A DNA stretch of 64,000 bases, from positions 11,656,001-11,720,000 of the forward strand of contig NW_025963868.1 in assembly GCF_023055435.1 (NCBI RefSeq). Direction: 5' to 3'. Of this stretch, positions 26,272 to 39,615 are shown piece by piece. The DNA comes from Haliotis rufescens. Taxonomy: Eukaryota. The notes beneath the pieces are model-generated. The model saw only the letters and a program-made list of their open reading frames with translations, was not told the origin of the DNA and did not search any database. The translations under genes were made by a program, and so were the position numbers. Position 1 is the stretch's first letter. Each line of letters begins with the position of its first letter.

Positions 26272-29200
26272 ATGGACACCTGGATTCATCTGATTACACT
26301 ACTGTGTATAGGATGGATTGTTTACACAAATAACAGTAGGTTTCAATTTCTAATCATGAAGGATAGAACCAATGGGATGTCGTAGGTGTAATTTAATAGT
26401 GATTGTACAACTTTATATCCGATCTGTGTCGTGTGTGCATGTTACAGTTATTTGGGTATTGTAAGTACATGAAGAACGACGAAGAATGTCACTTCATGTT
26501 TGTGTTCTGATTGCTTCTCATGCTGGTTGTATTTTGGAATGTTACAGGTGGTCTCCCTCTAGAACTCACTCAGTTCCAGTCAGGAGGTAATATCACCTTA
26601 GTCTGCAGTTCCATCAACACCACTATCAGCACGTCCTTCAGATATTGGTATATGGATGAGGTGCGAGTTCTCACGTCAGTGTTTGTAGGTCATGATCATG
26701 GTTGTAACAGAAACCCACCCAATAATGATACTGCATATCGTTACGACCTATTCACATCAAATGATGGTAGTGTAAGCTGTGGTGGCAACCAGCACAACAT
26801 GACACTAACTACAACTCAATACATCCAAGCTGGGGCAGTGTGGCGGTGTGATGATCAACGCCATAGAGTCAGTAACAACCTTACGTTGGGTATGATCTTT
26901 TTGTTATGCGCTCATACTCCTTTGTTTACATCAACGTGTCCTTTCTGATCTCATACATCATGCTATGACACATTGTACAAGAACGGATGCAGATGTAACT
27001 GATTCATGAAATATATACCTGGGAACCGTACGTAAATGTTCAAGGACTATGAACACGCCATCTACAAATTAAGAACTTTATAAATCGGTCACCAACAGAT
27101 ACATACGGAATTAGCACTATCGGAGAGTGAGGTGAAATTTGTGACGTCGCGTCCATCATTTCTCCACTTATANNNNNNNNNNNNNNNNNNNNNNNNNNNN
27201 NNNNNNNNNNNNNNNNNNNNNNNNNNNNNNNNNNNNNNNNNNNNNNNNNNNNNNNNNNNNNNNNNNNNNNNNNNNNNNNNNNNNNNNNNNNNNNNNNNNN
27301 NNNNNNNNNNNNNNNNNNNNNNNNNNNNTCAGGACACATGCCTGTTTCAAAGTGATAACTCAGATAGCATGGCGCAGTTTAAATGCATTCCCCATTCAGA
27401 AACAGTAGACTAACTCCGAACAGACAAAACCGTGTATTTCCCCAAGGAGAATACTATGCCTTGTCGTATGACCTGGCCTGGTGTCAAAGCCACTGATCTT
27501 CCCTTCTCAGGATAAACGCTCTAACCGGTTGATCATGGAGGCGGTCAATATAAAATCGCTTGTTCATGTGTATCGATATTAAGCTAGTAAATGTCACAAC
27601 TAATATATATTATTTATGTATGCAGTCATTCCTGGGACTACTGATAAATCAACTACACCACTGACTGATTCAGCAACAACGATCACCACAGACAGCGATA
27701 CTCATGGTAGATTTGTATCAGTTAAACTAACGATGTATTATATATTTAGGGATACATTGTATTGATACCAGTGATGTCATTCACACTAATGCCAGCGAAA
27801 GCCATTTTATCTGTTTTAATAATCCTCTGTATGTCATTAACCTAATATATGTTTCAGCTATCCACAAATTGAGTAACTTTGTATGTAAAATGTTCGAACG
27901 CCCGTTCCTAAACACACTAAAATGAACATAATGTGGCTCGTCTAACGGAATATTCAAACTATAGAAGTGTGTTATTTTATGTCCTCTGTGGTGAGCGAGC
28001 AAATTTCATAATTATCTGTATATATTATTTATGTCGTCAGGCTTTCATGGGACTACTTATAAGAGAAGTTCACAGCTGACAACGTTGGCAAATCTTACAA
28101 CTATCAAGTTAACTTCTGCCCCGAGCAACGATAATCAAGGTAGTTGTGTACTAGTCGTCATACTAACCTTTGTGTACGATATATATGATATTTAGAAACA
28201 TTCATGAATATATAACAATACCTATACTGACCTAGGGCATAGCAAGACATAGCAACAATGTGCACTGAATGTACATTTAAAACAAACAGTACTGTGATAG
28301 CTCTCTAGACATTGCGGTTTTTACATGATATTGTGATACATCAACCCCATTATTTCGGTGCGGCATTTTATTAAACTTCTCATATTGACTTAGCTTTGTC
28401 ATTGTAAACGAATGAAGTATTATAAATAACAGAGTAAGCGATATTGTCGTCAGGCCACGATAAGTGGCACGGAAAAAAACATGGACCATACACCCATTAC
28501 TAACGACGTGCGTATTAACGTCATCGGGTAACCGAAGAAAAGTTGGATCAGCTGAATTCTAATATTAGTTGGCCATGATGGAAATTAAAGGTTACTGATA
28601 TTCAGAAACTTAAGAATGTAGTACTCATATATAATCTCAATCTCTGCTAAGTATGCCTAAAACCTAGTTTTGTACAGTTCTGCGTAAAAGGTTACTCGTA
28701 TCTATCAGGTTACGCGTTACATAACTTCATGTTCGTTATTCAGTTATGGCTTGATGAGACTCATACGTGGTACGAGTTGAAAGCACTAGCCAATTAAAAC
28801 AGTGTTTAATCTTACTCCACTTATTCTAATTTTACTATATTGTGCCTGAGACAAGAACTTTACTGTGCTTTATATGTATCCCATTTCCCTTTCAAAACCG
28901 TCCCAATCAAACTAAATTATATGGTGAAACATTATCAAGTAAATACTAGTAACTTCGTATCATTGCTCCTCATAGACCGAAGTCACCAATTCTATCTGCG
29001 TGTATACAGCATGGACTCTCTTTATGTAAAAGTTATGTTGTCTTAGATTATTCAGTACTTATACTCATTGCTTATATATATACGAACTCATAGATGTACT
29101 TATATAAACTTTTCCATGTGCCAAGTTCAAGGACAGTATACTTACTATCCCAGTATTTGTTTTCTCTTCAAGATGATGCCATGTATATCGCTGCGGGGAC

Positions 29201-31043
29201 AGGTGGAGGAATCTTCATCCTCATTATAATCGTTATCTGTGTATGTGTTGTAAGGACGAGAAGAAAGGGAAACGTCACACAAGGTAAACTACACCTCTTT
29301 GATGACGGTCAGAACAAATTAGAATTATTTGGTATCGGATTCTAATTTGATGTTAAGTGATTTGAAGATGAAACCAGAACATTCATGACAGCGTTATAAA
29401 GCATTCATGCTATATTTCTAGATAATCCGTTTTTCACATTAAAGTTTTCAAAGATCATGGACCAGACGCCCAGTGGCCCAGTATAAGTTTTATGTTCAAG
29501 ATGACACCATGTACATCGCTGCTGGGGCAAGGGTTGGCATCATGATCCTCATCGTAATCGTATCTGTGTAGGTGTTGTGAGGAGACTAAATGTAAACGTC
29601 AAACAAGGTAATCTACACCACTTGTAAGGAGGGTAGCAATATTTTACAATTATATGTATTCAGAAACTGATTTAATATCATGTGATTTGTAGGTCGTACT
29701 TGTACCTTTTGCCGTTACTGATTTAAAAAACGGATTTTAATACATGTGTCATAATATTGTCAATATAAAGTGATTCCACATCTCACCTACATGTCTACCA
29801 TAAATCTTTTTGAAAGCATTATTAGTGCCTTAAATGCTGTGACCCTGATCAATCAGCTTCGAAGCAAGAGCAGTGTGACGATCTTTGAAATCTTGGTAGA
29901 AAGAGCAATATACCTCAAAAGTTGTGAAATGAAGACACCAAGGGCTCTTGCTGATGGAATACTGCTCCACACAAAGTGAACGTTGAGCACTGCAAAGTTG
30001 AAGTCATCCCTATTTTGGGCATTTGCTTCCATGTTTGACAAATTGACCTGAACCTCTGATGATAGATAAGTAACGCTATCTATGGTCACCATCTTTATAA
30101 ACAAGCCTCATGGAACAAGGCATGAAGTTTTCCTTCACGTTTCCCAAATGGTATTGTGGTGTACAAAGTTGAAAAATCAAATGTTTTGACAGAATTGAAG
30201 TTGGTTCTTTTCAGAGTTTGTAAAAAAGTCAAGCAAATCATATATTTTTTTGAGAATCCACATGGTAATAATTCCATTTGTCTCAAATATTTTTTGTTAA
30301 AATATAAAGTTCTTTCTTGATTGTATGAATGATTATGGTTAATCGTAGAGACAGGGATTTTGTGGTACATTTGCTGAACCCAGCAATATATCTCTCTTTG
30401 TACGGATTGTTATAGAGCTTTGGAATCCAGTACAAAAGAGGAATGGATATGTCTTCAGGTTTTACAGTCAAGTCAAAAGTTGATGGTACTGATTCATTGA
30501 TTCAGCAGATTTCATCATCAATTAACATACTGCCCTCACATGTGGCGTTATTTGATATCATTATGTCATTTATACCAAATTCTTTAATCAAACAATTAAT
30601 GTAGTGATGCTTACGCAAAATGGTTATGTTATTTGAGGCCTTGTCAGTGAGAACAATCTAAAACTTTTCAAGAAGGGCAGCCAAACATTGGATGACAGCT
30701 GGTTATGACAGATCATCTCAATACAAATAATAAACAATATTAATGCTGAGGAGCTTTGTATCACAAATAAACTGTTGTGAAGCATCGTGTGTCAGTGTGT
30801 AACGTAAAACATGACTCGTGTCTACAACACTCCTTATTTGTATCTGTGTTTTGTACAGATGTATCACTGGCTGGGGTTGACGCACCTCAATACGACACTT
30901 TGGCTCACAATGGCAATACAGATCCCTGTTACTCCGAGATCAAGAAGGAAGCCTCCAGACACTCCAGCATAAATGCAAACTGTGTTTACTACAACACTGT
31001 GCCCGAGAATGCTGACTACGAAAATCCACAAATGATAACTTAG
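26272..31043 (+). CDS. Gene C: single-Ig-domain type I receptor with D-type ectodomain/TM and A-type ITAM-like tail (~293 aa)
   Basis: Exons 26272-26335 (leader), 26548-26889 (Ig), 27626-27706 and 28041-28139 (stalk), 29173-29283 (TM), 30859-31043 (DVSLAGVDAPQYDTLAHNGNTDPCYSEI...YYNTV..DYENPQMIT*). 882 nt open frame. The N gap 27173-27328 lies in intron 2. Confidence 0.82.
29501..29607 (+). pseudogene. Frameshifted second TM exon (B-type) inside a gene C intron
   Basis: ttatgttcaag|ATGACACCATGTACATCGCTGCTGGGGCAAGGGTTGGCATCATGATCCTC... matches the B TM exon (18572-18682). It is 107 nt with a frameshift and in-frame TAG; the donor caag|gtaatc is retained. Confidence 0.8.
29850..30690 (-). mobile_element. 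Penelope-like retroelement RT remnant in a gene C intron
   Basis: LYWIPKLYNNPYKERYIAG..KCTTKSLS; VKTFDFSTLYTTIP; RDDFNF...SSIPSARALGVFISQLLRY. These resemble Penelope-like RT motifs and are frameshifted. Confidence 0.75.
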
Positions 31044-33190
31044 AAGTGTGAAAACCACTGTTTTAAGTTGTCAGACCAGCAAATATATATACATCCTCCA
31101 GTGTTTGTGGCATTTTCGGCCAATATGTTAAGCTATTATCATAATGACATTACGCCATTGGTATAATAAAAACATTTTGTCACTACTGATGTATCGTCGT
31201 ATAGCAGGATTATTCCTGGGTGTTGCAAAAACAAACACCATGTTTTATGAAAATTGTGCATAGGAGTTACCGCTGTAAAAGGCAAGACATGCTTAACCTG
31301 TTTCGTAACACCTGGTGTCACAACTGATTTTCAGTGATGCATTCATGCGGTTGTCATCATTATTTTGCCTTTCGGCAGTTATTCGACACTAGTTCCATGG
31401 TGTTGACGTTTTAAATTGTATCATAACCTATTTTCATCTAAACATCTGAACAGTTGTTAGGACCTGTATATAGCATACATATGTGATTATTTTAGCTGGG
31501 GTTTACTAGCATCTGTAATGTATATTTCGTGTTTGTGTCACTTCAAAAGTATCTGTACCTTATCCCTTTGGAATCATTAGTTACGCAAACGGTATCCACG
31601 TAATATGTTGTGTAAATATCATGTTCACTGAATCTCTAACAGGAAAGCGTGAATGACTGAAAGTCAATAGTTGAATGTCCTGAATTCACATTATCTATTA
31701 CATTGTGTGACGTACTGGTTCGGCTTTATTTGAGTATCTATTCAATGTTTATTGTCCTCTTCCTGTAGAAATAAAGGCTTGATAGGCTGACAGATTACTG
31801 GCTATGTTTTCAATTAATTCGAGTCTCATGCATGTTCCATCAAGCATTGCAGTATAATACAACTAGATTACTACTTTCACCACAACATGATATATACTAC
31901 GACCTGGAAAAAAACACACATGAAAGTTATATTCAAATTGTGTTTATATAACTCCTACCCACCAGAATGTGTAAGCGAGTATCGACAATTGGACAGTTTT
32001 TTGGTAAGATGCATTTTTGATTACAACACAAGGTACACGGACCTGGAAACTGGGGACATTGATATTGTATGACTATTCTAGATAAGGAAATATGCATATA
32101 TAACTGTGGTTAATAAATTTTAATAAAAAGAAAAGTATTGAATGTTTTTAAATTTAATAATACATCTTACAGTGCATATGCATGGAGACATCCTTGACTT
32201 GAAGGTCGTGATTCACAGTTTGGACGTGCATGTTTAATCCGTGGCAGACAATTTGGATGCTTGCATGCTAGCATGGAATATGATTATCACACACGTGGTT
32301 ATTTCAATGTGAACATCCCAAATGATTGTTTATCTTTCAGGTGCTCAGAAAAAAACACTCTATTCTTATAACAACGCTTATGCAAAGCCTCGGCAAAATG
32401 AAAATTAACATCTACGTGGCCTGGATATGCTGCAAAGAGGAACAGCTTAAAACGAACATTATCTCTTTGAAGAGGTTATCTAGCAGGGCAACACTCATGA
32501 CCTGTCACGGACCAGTCGTACACGTGTGACGTCACGCCGCACAACATCCGGCGTCAAACCATACGCACACTTTTTCACAGCATAAACAAAGACTATAAAA
32601 GGATATGGTATAATTTTCAATTATTTTCCGCAATATTTCTTTCCACAACAGGGTCAAACACTAGGATTAAATTATAAACCTTTCGAAAAGCAGGGATGTG
32701 TGTTAACTTATTGAACATACACGTGACCATCTATTTGTGAATGAGAGCTCGCCCATACGGATCTCAGCGATTTGTATTCATGAATCGGCAGTGTCTAGTA
32801 TGTTCTCATTAACATCACACGAAGAATGGAAACCCCCCACCAACAAAGTGATTACATGATCCAAATACGCCAGGATAGACAATGAAACATTATCCCTTTG
32901 GTATATGTACCGACAACTGCACGCAACCACAAACTGGCAGTAATGCAAGTTGTACATTGTGAAAATATCTAAAGGTATGTATCTATCAATACCTAAACCC
33001 GGAAAAACATCTGCAGGTGAGCGAATGCTGATTGTAGGAATATTTCCTCCTTCATAAGGATGTATTTCACAGATAGCGGAGCTCTAATGTTTGTTCACGA
33101 AGAATGTTGCACGTTGCTCTGTGTGTATTTCACGTGTAGTAACTTATTTCAACCGAATATTGACGAGAGGAAGTTTGATTTAGGAGAAAC

Positions 33191-34182
33191 ATGGACACAA
33201 GGATTCGCCTGATTACTCTGCTGTGTATAGGATGGTTTACGTACACAAATAACAGTAGGTTTGAATTTCTAATCATGCTGTGTATAGGATGGTTTTCGTA
33301 CACAAATAACAGTAGGTTTGAATTTCTAATCACCCGAAGGATGGAAGCATCAGGATGTCGTAGGTGTAATTTAATAGTGATTGTACCACTTTATATCCTA
33401 TCTGTTTCGTGTTTGCATGTTACAGTTATTTGGGTATTGTAAGTACATAAAGAACGACAAAGAATGCCATTGCATGTTTGTGTTCTGATTGCTTCTCATG
33501 CTGGTTGTATCTTGGAATGTTGTAGGTGGTCTCCCTCTAGAACTCACTCAGTTCCAGTCAGGAGGTAATATCACCTTAGTCTGCAGTTCCATCAACACCA
33601 CTATCAACACGTCCTTCAGATATTGGTATATGGATGAGGTGCGAGTTCTCACGTCAGTGTTTGTAGGTCATGATCATGGTTGTAACAGAAACTCACCCAA
33701 TAATGATACTGCATATCGTTACGACCTATTCACATCAAATGATGGTAGTGTAAGCTGTGGTGACAACCAGCACAACATGACACTAACTACAACTCAATAC
33801 ATCCAAGCTGAGACTGTGTGGCGGTGTGAGGATCAACGCAATAGAGTCAGTAACAACCTTACGTTGGGTATGATCTTTTTGTTATGCGCTCATACTCCTT
33901 TGTTTACATCAACGTGTCCTTTCTGATCCCATACATCATGCTATGACACATTGTGCAAGAACGGATGCAGATGTAACTGATTCATGAAATATATACCTGG
34001 GAACCATACGTAAATGTTCAAGGACTATGAACACGCCATCTACAAATTAAGAACTCTATAAATCGGTCACCCAAAGATACATACGGTATTAGCACTATCG
34101 GAGAGTAAGGTGAAATTGTTACGTCGCGTCCATCATTACTCCACTTATATAGCGACGTCCATGTACGTTTGTGTGAGTGTGT

Positions 34183-34233
<51 letters not shown>

Positions 34234-37200
34234 TGTGCGTGTGTTTGTGGTTGCTTGTATTGGTCAGGACACATGCCTGTTTCAAAGTGATACCTCAGAC
34301 AGCGAGCCGCAGTTTTAATGCATTCCCCATTCAGAAACAGTAGACTAACTCCGAACAGACAAAACCGTGTTTTTCCCCAAGGAGAATACTATGCCTCGTC
34401 GTATGTCCTGGCCTGGTGTCAAAGCCACCGATTTCCCCCTCTCAGGACAAACGCTCTAACCGGTTGACCATGGAGGCGGTCAATATAAAATCGCTTGTTC
34501 ATGTGTATCGATATTAAGCTAGTAAATGTCACAAATAATATATATTATTTATGTATGCAGTCATTCCTGGGACTACTGATAAATCAACTACACCACTGAC
34601 TGATTCAGCAACAACGATCACCACAGACAGCGATACTCATGGTAGATTTGTATCAGTTAAACTAATGATGTATTATATATTTAGAGATACATTGTATTGA
34701 TACCAGTTATGTCATTCACACTAATGCCAGCGAAAGCCATTTTATCTGTTTTAATAATCCTCTGTATGCCATTAACCTAATATATGTTTCAGCTATCCAC
34801 AAATTTAGTAACTTTGTAAGTCAAATGTTCGAACGCCCGTTCCTAAACACACTAAATTGAACATGATGTGGCTCGTCTATCGGAATATTCAAACTATAGA
34901 AGTGTGTTATTTTATGTCCCCTGTGGTGAGCGAGCAAATTTCATATTTATCTGTATATATTATTTATGTCGTCAGGCTTTCACAAAACTACTTATAAGAG
35001 AAGTTCACAGCTGACGACGTTGGCAAATCTTACAACTATCAAGATAACTCCTGCCCCGCGCAACGATAATCAAGGTAGGTGTGTACTAGTTGTCATACTA
35101 ACCCTTGGGTAACCCGTGATATTTAGAAACATTCACGAATATATTACAAAACCATATACTGACCCAGGACATAGCAAGACATAGCAACAATGTGCACTGA
35201 ATGTACATTTAAAACAAACAGTACTGTGATAGCTCTCTAGACATTGCGGTTTTTACATGATATTGTGATACATCAACCCCATTATTTCGGTGCGGCATTT
35301 TATTAAACTTCTCATATTGACTTAGCTTTGTCATTGTAAACGAATGAAGTATTATAAATAACAGAGTAAGCGATATTGTCGTCAGGCCACGATAAGTGGC
35401 ACGGAAAAAAACATGGACCATACACCCATTACTAACGACGTGCGTATTAACGTCATCGGGTAACCGAAGAAAAGTTGGATCCACTGAATCCTAATGTTAG
35501 TCGGCCATGATGGCAATTATAGGCTACGGATATAAAGAAACTTTAGAATGTAGTAGTCATATGTGATCTCCATCTCTGCTAAGTATGCCTAAAACCTAGT
35601 TTTGTACAGTTCTACATAAAAGGTTACTCGTATCTATCGGGTTACGCGTTACACACCTTTATGTTCGTTATTCAGTTATGGCCTGATCGATGAGACTCAT
35701 CTTTGTACGAGCTGAAAGCGCTAGCCAATTAAAAGTGTGTTTAATCTTAATCCACTTATTCCAATTTTACTATATTGTGCCTCAGAGTTAGAACTTTACT
35801 GTGCTTTATATATACATTTCCCTTTCGAAAACTTCCCAATCAAACTAAATTGGTGAAATATTATCAACTAAATACCAGTAACTTCGTATCATTGCTTCTC
35901 ATAGACCGACGTCACCAACTTTATCTGCGTGTAAACAGCATGGACTCTCTTCATGTAAAAGTTATGTTGTCTTAGATTTTTCAGTACTTATACTCATTGC
36001 TTATATATGCGAACTCATAAATGTACTTATATAGACTTATCCATGTGCCAAGATCAAGGACAGTATACTTACTTGCCTAGTATTTGTTTTCTCTTCCAGA
36101 TGACACAATGTATATCGCTGCTGGGACAGGTGGAGGAATCGTCATCCTCATTATAATCGTTATCTGTGTATGTGTTGTAAGGACGAGAAGAAAGGGAAAC
36201 GTCACAGAAGGTAAACACTACACCACTTTGATGACGGTCAGAACAAATTACTATTATTTGATATCAGATTATAATTTGATGTTAAGTGATTTGAAGATGA
36301 AACCAGAACATTCATGACAGCGTTATAAAGCATTTCAGATGTAAAGATTAAATGTCAGTTTCATAAAACATAATAATATACAGCTCTCATCTGTCAAATC
36401 ATTTCCTTATCCCTCCTTGTAATAAAATAGCTTTTTTGAATATACATCAACACATATCACAAGAGTAATAAGAACAGAAAAATGATAAATGAACAAAGTT
36501 ATTGGTTGTCATGTCTGTTCACAGCTTTCAGCGATGCAGACAATGATGCAGAGGTCTCAGAAAACCCACTTTATGTTACGTGAGTAGAGTGCCAAGTATT
36601 TCCACTGTATACCACCTTTGAATTTCATCATCACGCAATGCCCGGGACCGCCTCCGTGGTCTAGTGGTAGAGCGTCGCTATGTAAGTGCAATAATCTTGG
36701 ACGCGACGTTAAACCCACTTTCACCTCACCTCACCTCACCTCACCTCACTTCACCTCACCTCACCTCACCTCACATCACATCACATCACCTCACCTCACC
36801 TCACCTCACCTCACCTCACCTCACCTCACATCACCTCACCTCACCTCACCTCACCTCACCTCACCTCACCTCACCTCACCTCACCACAATGCCCGTATGA
36901 GTCGTCATAGGTATATTGTTGTTAAAGGTATCGGAAATTGTTCAATAACCACCAAATAGACAGTTCCCTTCCACTGATTTACCCACCTGAACTAGAAATA
37001 AAGAAGACAAATGGAACCACTTCGTCTGTTTCATATGTAGAACTATGCACAAAGATTCAGAGGGATAAAGCACTAGACTGCATGACAAGTGGAATGACTT
37101 CACCTTTCCAACAGTCAACTTTCCCTTTATGTCAAACAGTATTCCAGTAGGTACAGCTAATGGTGTCTACATTTCACAACTTTTGAAGAACATTCGAGCA

Positions 37201-39412
37201 TGCACTTTCAATCAAGATTTCGAAAAGAGCGCAATACATTCCTTGCTAAGAAGCTGTTTGGTCAAGGTTACAACATTAGAGGAAACATTCCTGGCCTCAG
37301 AAAAGCTTTAAAAAGGTTAACTGTAGACACGTGGGGAACATTGAGGCTTCAGTCCCTATTCAGACTTGTACCACATGTTCCCGTGGGTTTTTTTCATGTG
37401 ATTATTTGACTTGTGTTTGCATGTGTTTTTGACGGGTGCCGCTGATGGGGCGAACACCTGGCATAACCACTATTTAATAGTGATTCATAAACACATGCTC
37501 ATGATATAGTCCGAATCAAACAATCGACTCTGTTTTTCGCGAAGATATGGAAAGGGTTTTGTCGCATTTATGCAGTACATAGTACGTAAATTATTTGTTT
37601 TCATCATAAAACTCTCGAAGATGTGGGTGACCTTGTCGCCTTCATTTAAATGTATTCATTAATATAATTAACACACACAACAACCGTCGCATCATCAACC
37701 CTTATCACGGGTAATTCATCGTTCAAATATTTTCTTCATAATTGTTCTTTTATAATGATAATGCAAGTGTTTGTTTTTTTTAAAAAACGCACATTTTTGT
37801 ATCTGCAGGTAGTTCTAAAATATTATCAAATTTGTATTGTATTAATATGCGTGATAGTTGTTTGTATGTTGTTGGAGGACAATGGACTATAAATAGACAC
37901 ATTAGATCTTGATGCTGCGTAAAGGCGACCACGCTTGTCGTAAGAGGCGACTAACGGGATCGGGTGGTCAGGCTCGCTCATCGAACCCAATTGATCGGAT
38001 CGATGCCGATGATATTAAGAACTGGATTGCCTGGTCCATACTGGATTATTTACAGACTGCCGTCATATAGCTGGGATATTGCTGAGTGTGGCGTTAAACA
38101 ACACACCAACCAACCAGTGACACTGCTGGTAACGCCAATCACCTTTAGGGATACGATGACACAAGTCGACAGATCATTGGTATCGCCTCAAATGTGAAAT
38201 TTTTTTATTATTCATGAAAATGTTGAAACTCATTCCTGCAATTTTTTCCCAGTGTTGAAACGAGCAATAACTTAAAAACAATATGATATTTTTTTTCAGA
38301 TACCAAGTTGAACCTGTTGACAACAAAGTACACTTCAATGGTAAGTCTTTTCTATTGTGGTTTTCTTCACTTCATCTGACTATTGTATTCAAATTGTGAT
38401 TATAGTTTGAGTGTTGCCTTCTACATTAAGCTTAAAAATTTCAGGAAGAATATCTAGGGAGAATAATATGATGTTACTTGTTAAAATATGAACACCATAA
38501 TTATATATTCAACTGCCGTACCAGACAATGCACCCGAACACATACTTGCTCTTGGCGGCGCTGTCGACGTTGGTGATCTGAATGACGTACGAGACAAAAC
38601 ACCCAAGCACCAGTCGGCTGTAGGTGGTGCTATCAACGTTGATGATCTGTATGCCGTCCCGGACAAGACACCCAAACACCAGCTAGCTGTGGGCGGTGCT
38701 GTCAACGATGGTGACAAGTACGCCGTCCCGGACAAGACACCCAAACACCAGCCAGCTGAAGGCGGTGCTGTGAACATTGGTGATCTGTATGCCGTACCGG
38801 ATATGCCAATGAAAACAAAGAACGGAACGTGTAAGTATACACGGAAGTGTGATTGACCGGACAACGGGTTAGAATATGTCTCCTTATCCATGTTTGTCGT
38901 AAGTGGCTCTAAATGGGCCGGGTGCTCTGGCTCGGTGACGTGGTTGATTAATCAACGAACGGCATCGGGTGGTTAGAATCGGCGACTTGGTCCATGCATG
39001 TCATTGGATCCGAATGTTTTAGATGCTCATGAAATCAGTCACTGTGTTGTCTGGTCCATAATCGATGATTTACAGACCCCATCAAAAAGCTGTAATATTC
39101 GCGGTTAAACAGCAAACAGCAAACAAACAAACTTGGTACATAGTGTGTCATCTTTGCCCAACGACGTAGAACATTTACCATAACAGTAACCGTCAGTTTG
39201 TCTAGTCCAGACTCGACTATTTAAAAGATGTCATCGGGAATATTTAACTGAAGCGTAAAACAACTTACCTACAAAATGTAACATCCCTTGAGGGATTTAT
39301 GACAGAAAGAAAATGTTGATGTTTGGATGGAATATGTGTGGATGACATAAACACATTGGTTGTTGCAGATAGTACTTGGTCCGAAGCTGACAATGAGTAC
39401 AGTGAAATCTAA
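33191..39412 (+). CDS. Gene D: single-Ig-domain type I receptor with NPxY, 4 repeat units and NEYSEI tail (~380 aa)
   Basis: Exons 33191-33254 (alternative donor after 33311), 33526-33867 (Ig), 34561-34641, 34976-35074 (stalk), 36100-36210 (TM), 36525-36579 (ENPLYV), 38300-38340, 38525-38830 (repeats), 39369-39412 (YSTWSEADNEYSEI*). 1143 nt open frame. Confidence 0.85.
34170..34225. repeat. (TG)n microsatellite in gene D intron 2
   Basis: Directly visible; the paralogous position in gene C is the N gap. Confidence 0.95.
36645..36886 (+). mobile_element. Short, internally deleted tRNA-head SINE with (CACCT)n tail (paralogue ~51789-51940)
   Basis: ggaccgcctccgtggtctagtggtagagcg head, long (CACCT)n, TSD caatgcccg; empty site in gene B (~19095). 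Confidence 0.7.
36950..37330 (+). mobile_element. Penelope-like RT C-terminal remnant (duplicate ~51995-52380)
   Basis: IYPPELEIKKT..SVSYVEL; DFTFPTVNFPFMSNSIPVGTANGVYISQLLKNIRAC. Confidence 0.7.
37920..38115 (+). mobile_element. SINE-like repeat family 3 (other copies ~6085-6270, 7115-7185 -, 20520-20770, 24630-24775 -, 38890-39130, 47182-47352, 52960-53172, 53880-54126)
   Basis: gtcgtaagaggcgactaacgggatcgggtggtcaggctcgct ... actggattgtctggtccagactcg ... atagctggaatattgctgagtgcggcgttaaacaac(aaac)n recurs many times in the window. Confidence 0.75.
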
Positions 39413-39615
39413 ATAGAGGAAGAGACGTCAGCTAATTCGGTCCTGTCAATGTTCTAGGCGACACAACGCTTACGTTTGTTCGACAAACAAATTCAAATGG
39501 GACCCTGCTCCTCTGGGTGTTCTCCTTGTTGTGTACAGCTCTCGCTACTGTGTCTAGGTCTGCGTTGAACTTAAACATTATTTCAATGTAAATAGGGTAA
39601 GTTGATATAAATGTA

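Noticed and set aside
36618-36959. TSPHL/HLTSP-repeat ORFs (also 51764-52003) and CV/HT-repeat ORFs (4461-4787, 34110-34343)
   Set aside because: Translations of (CACCT)n and (CA)n microsatellites.
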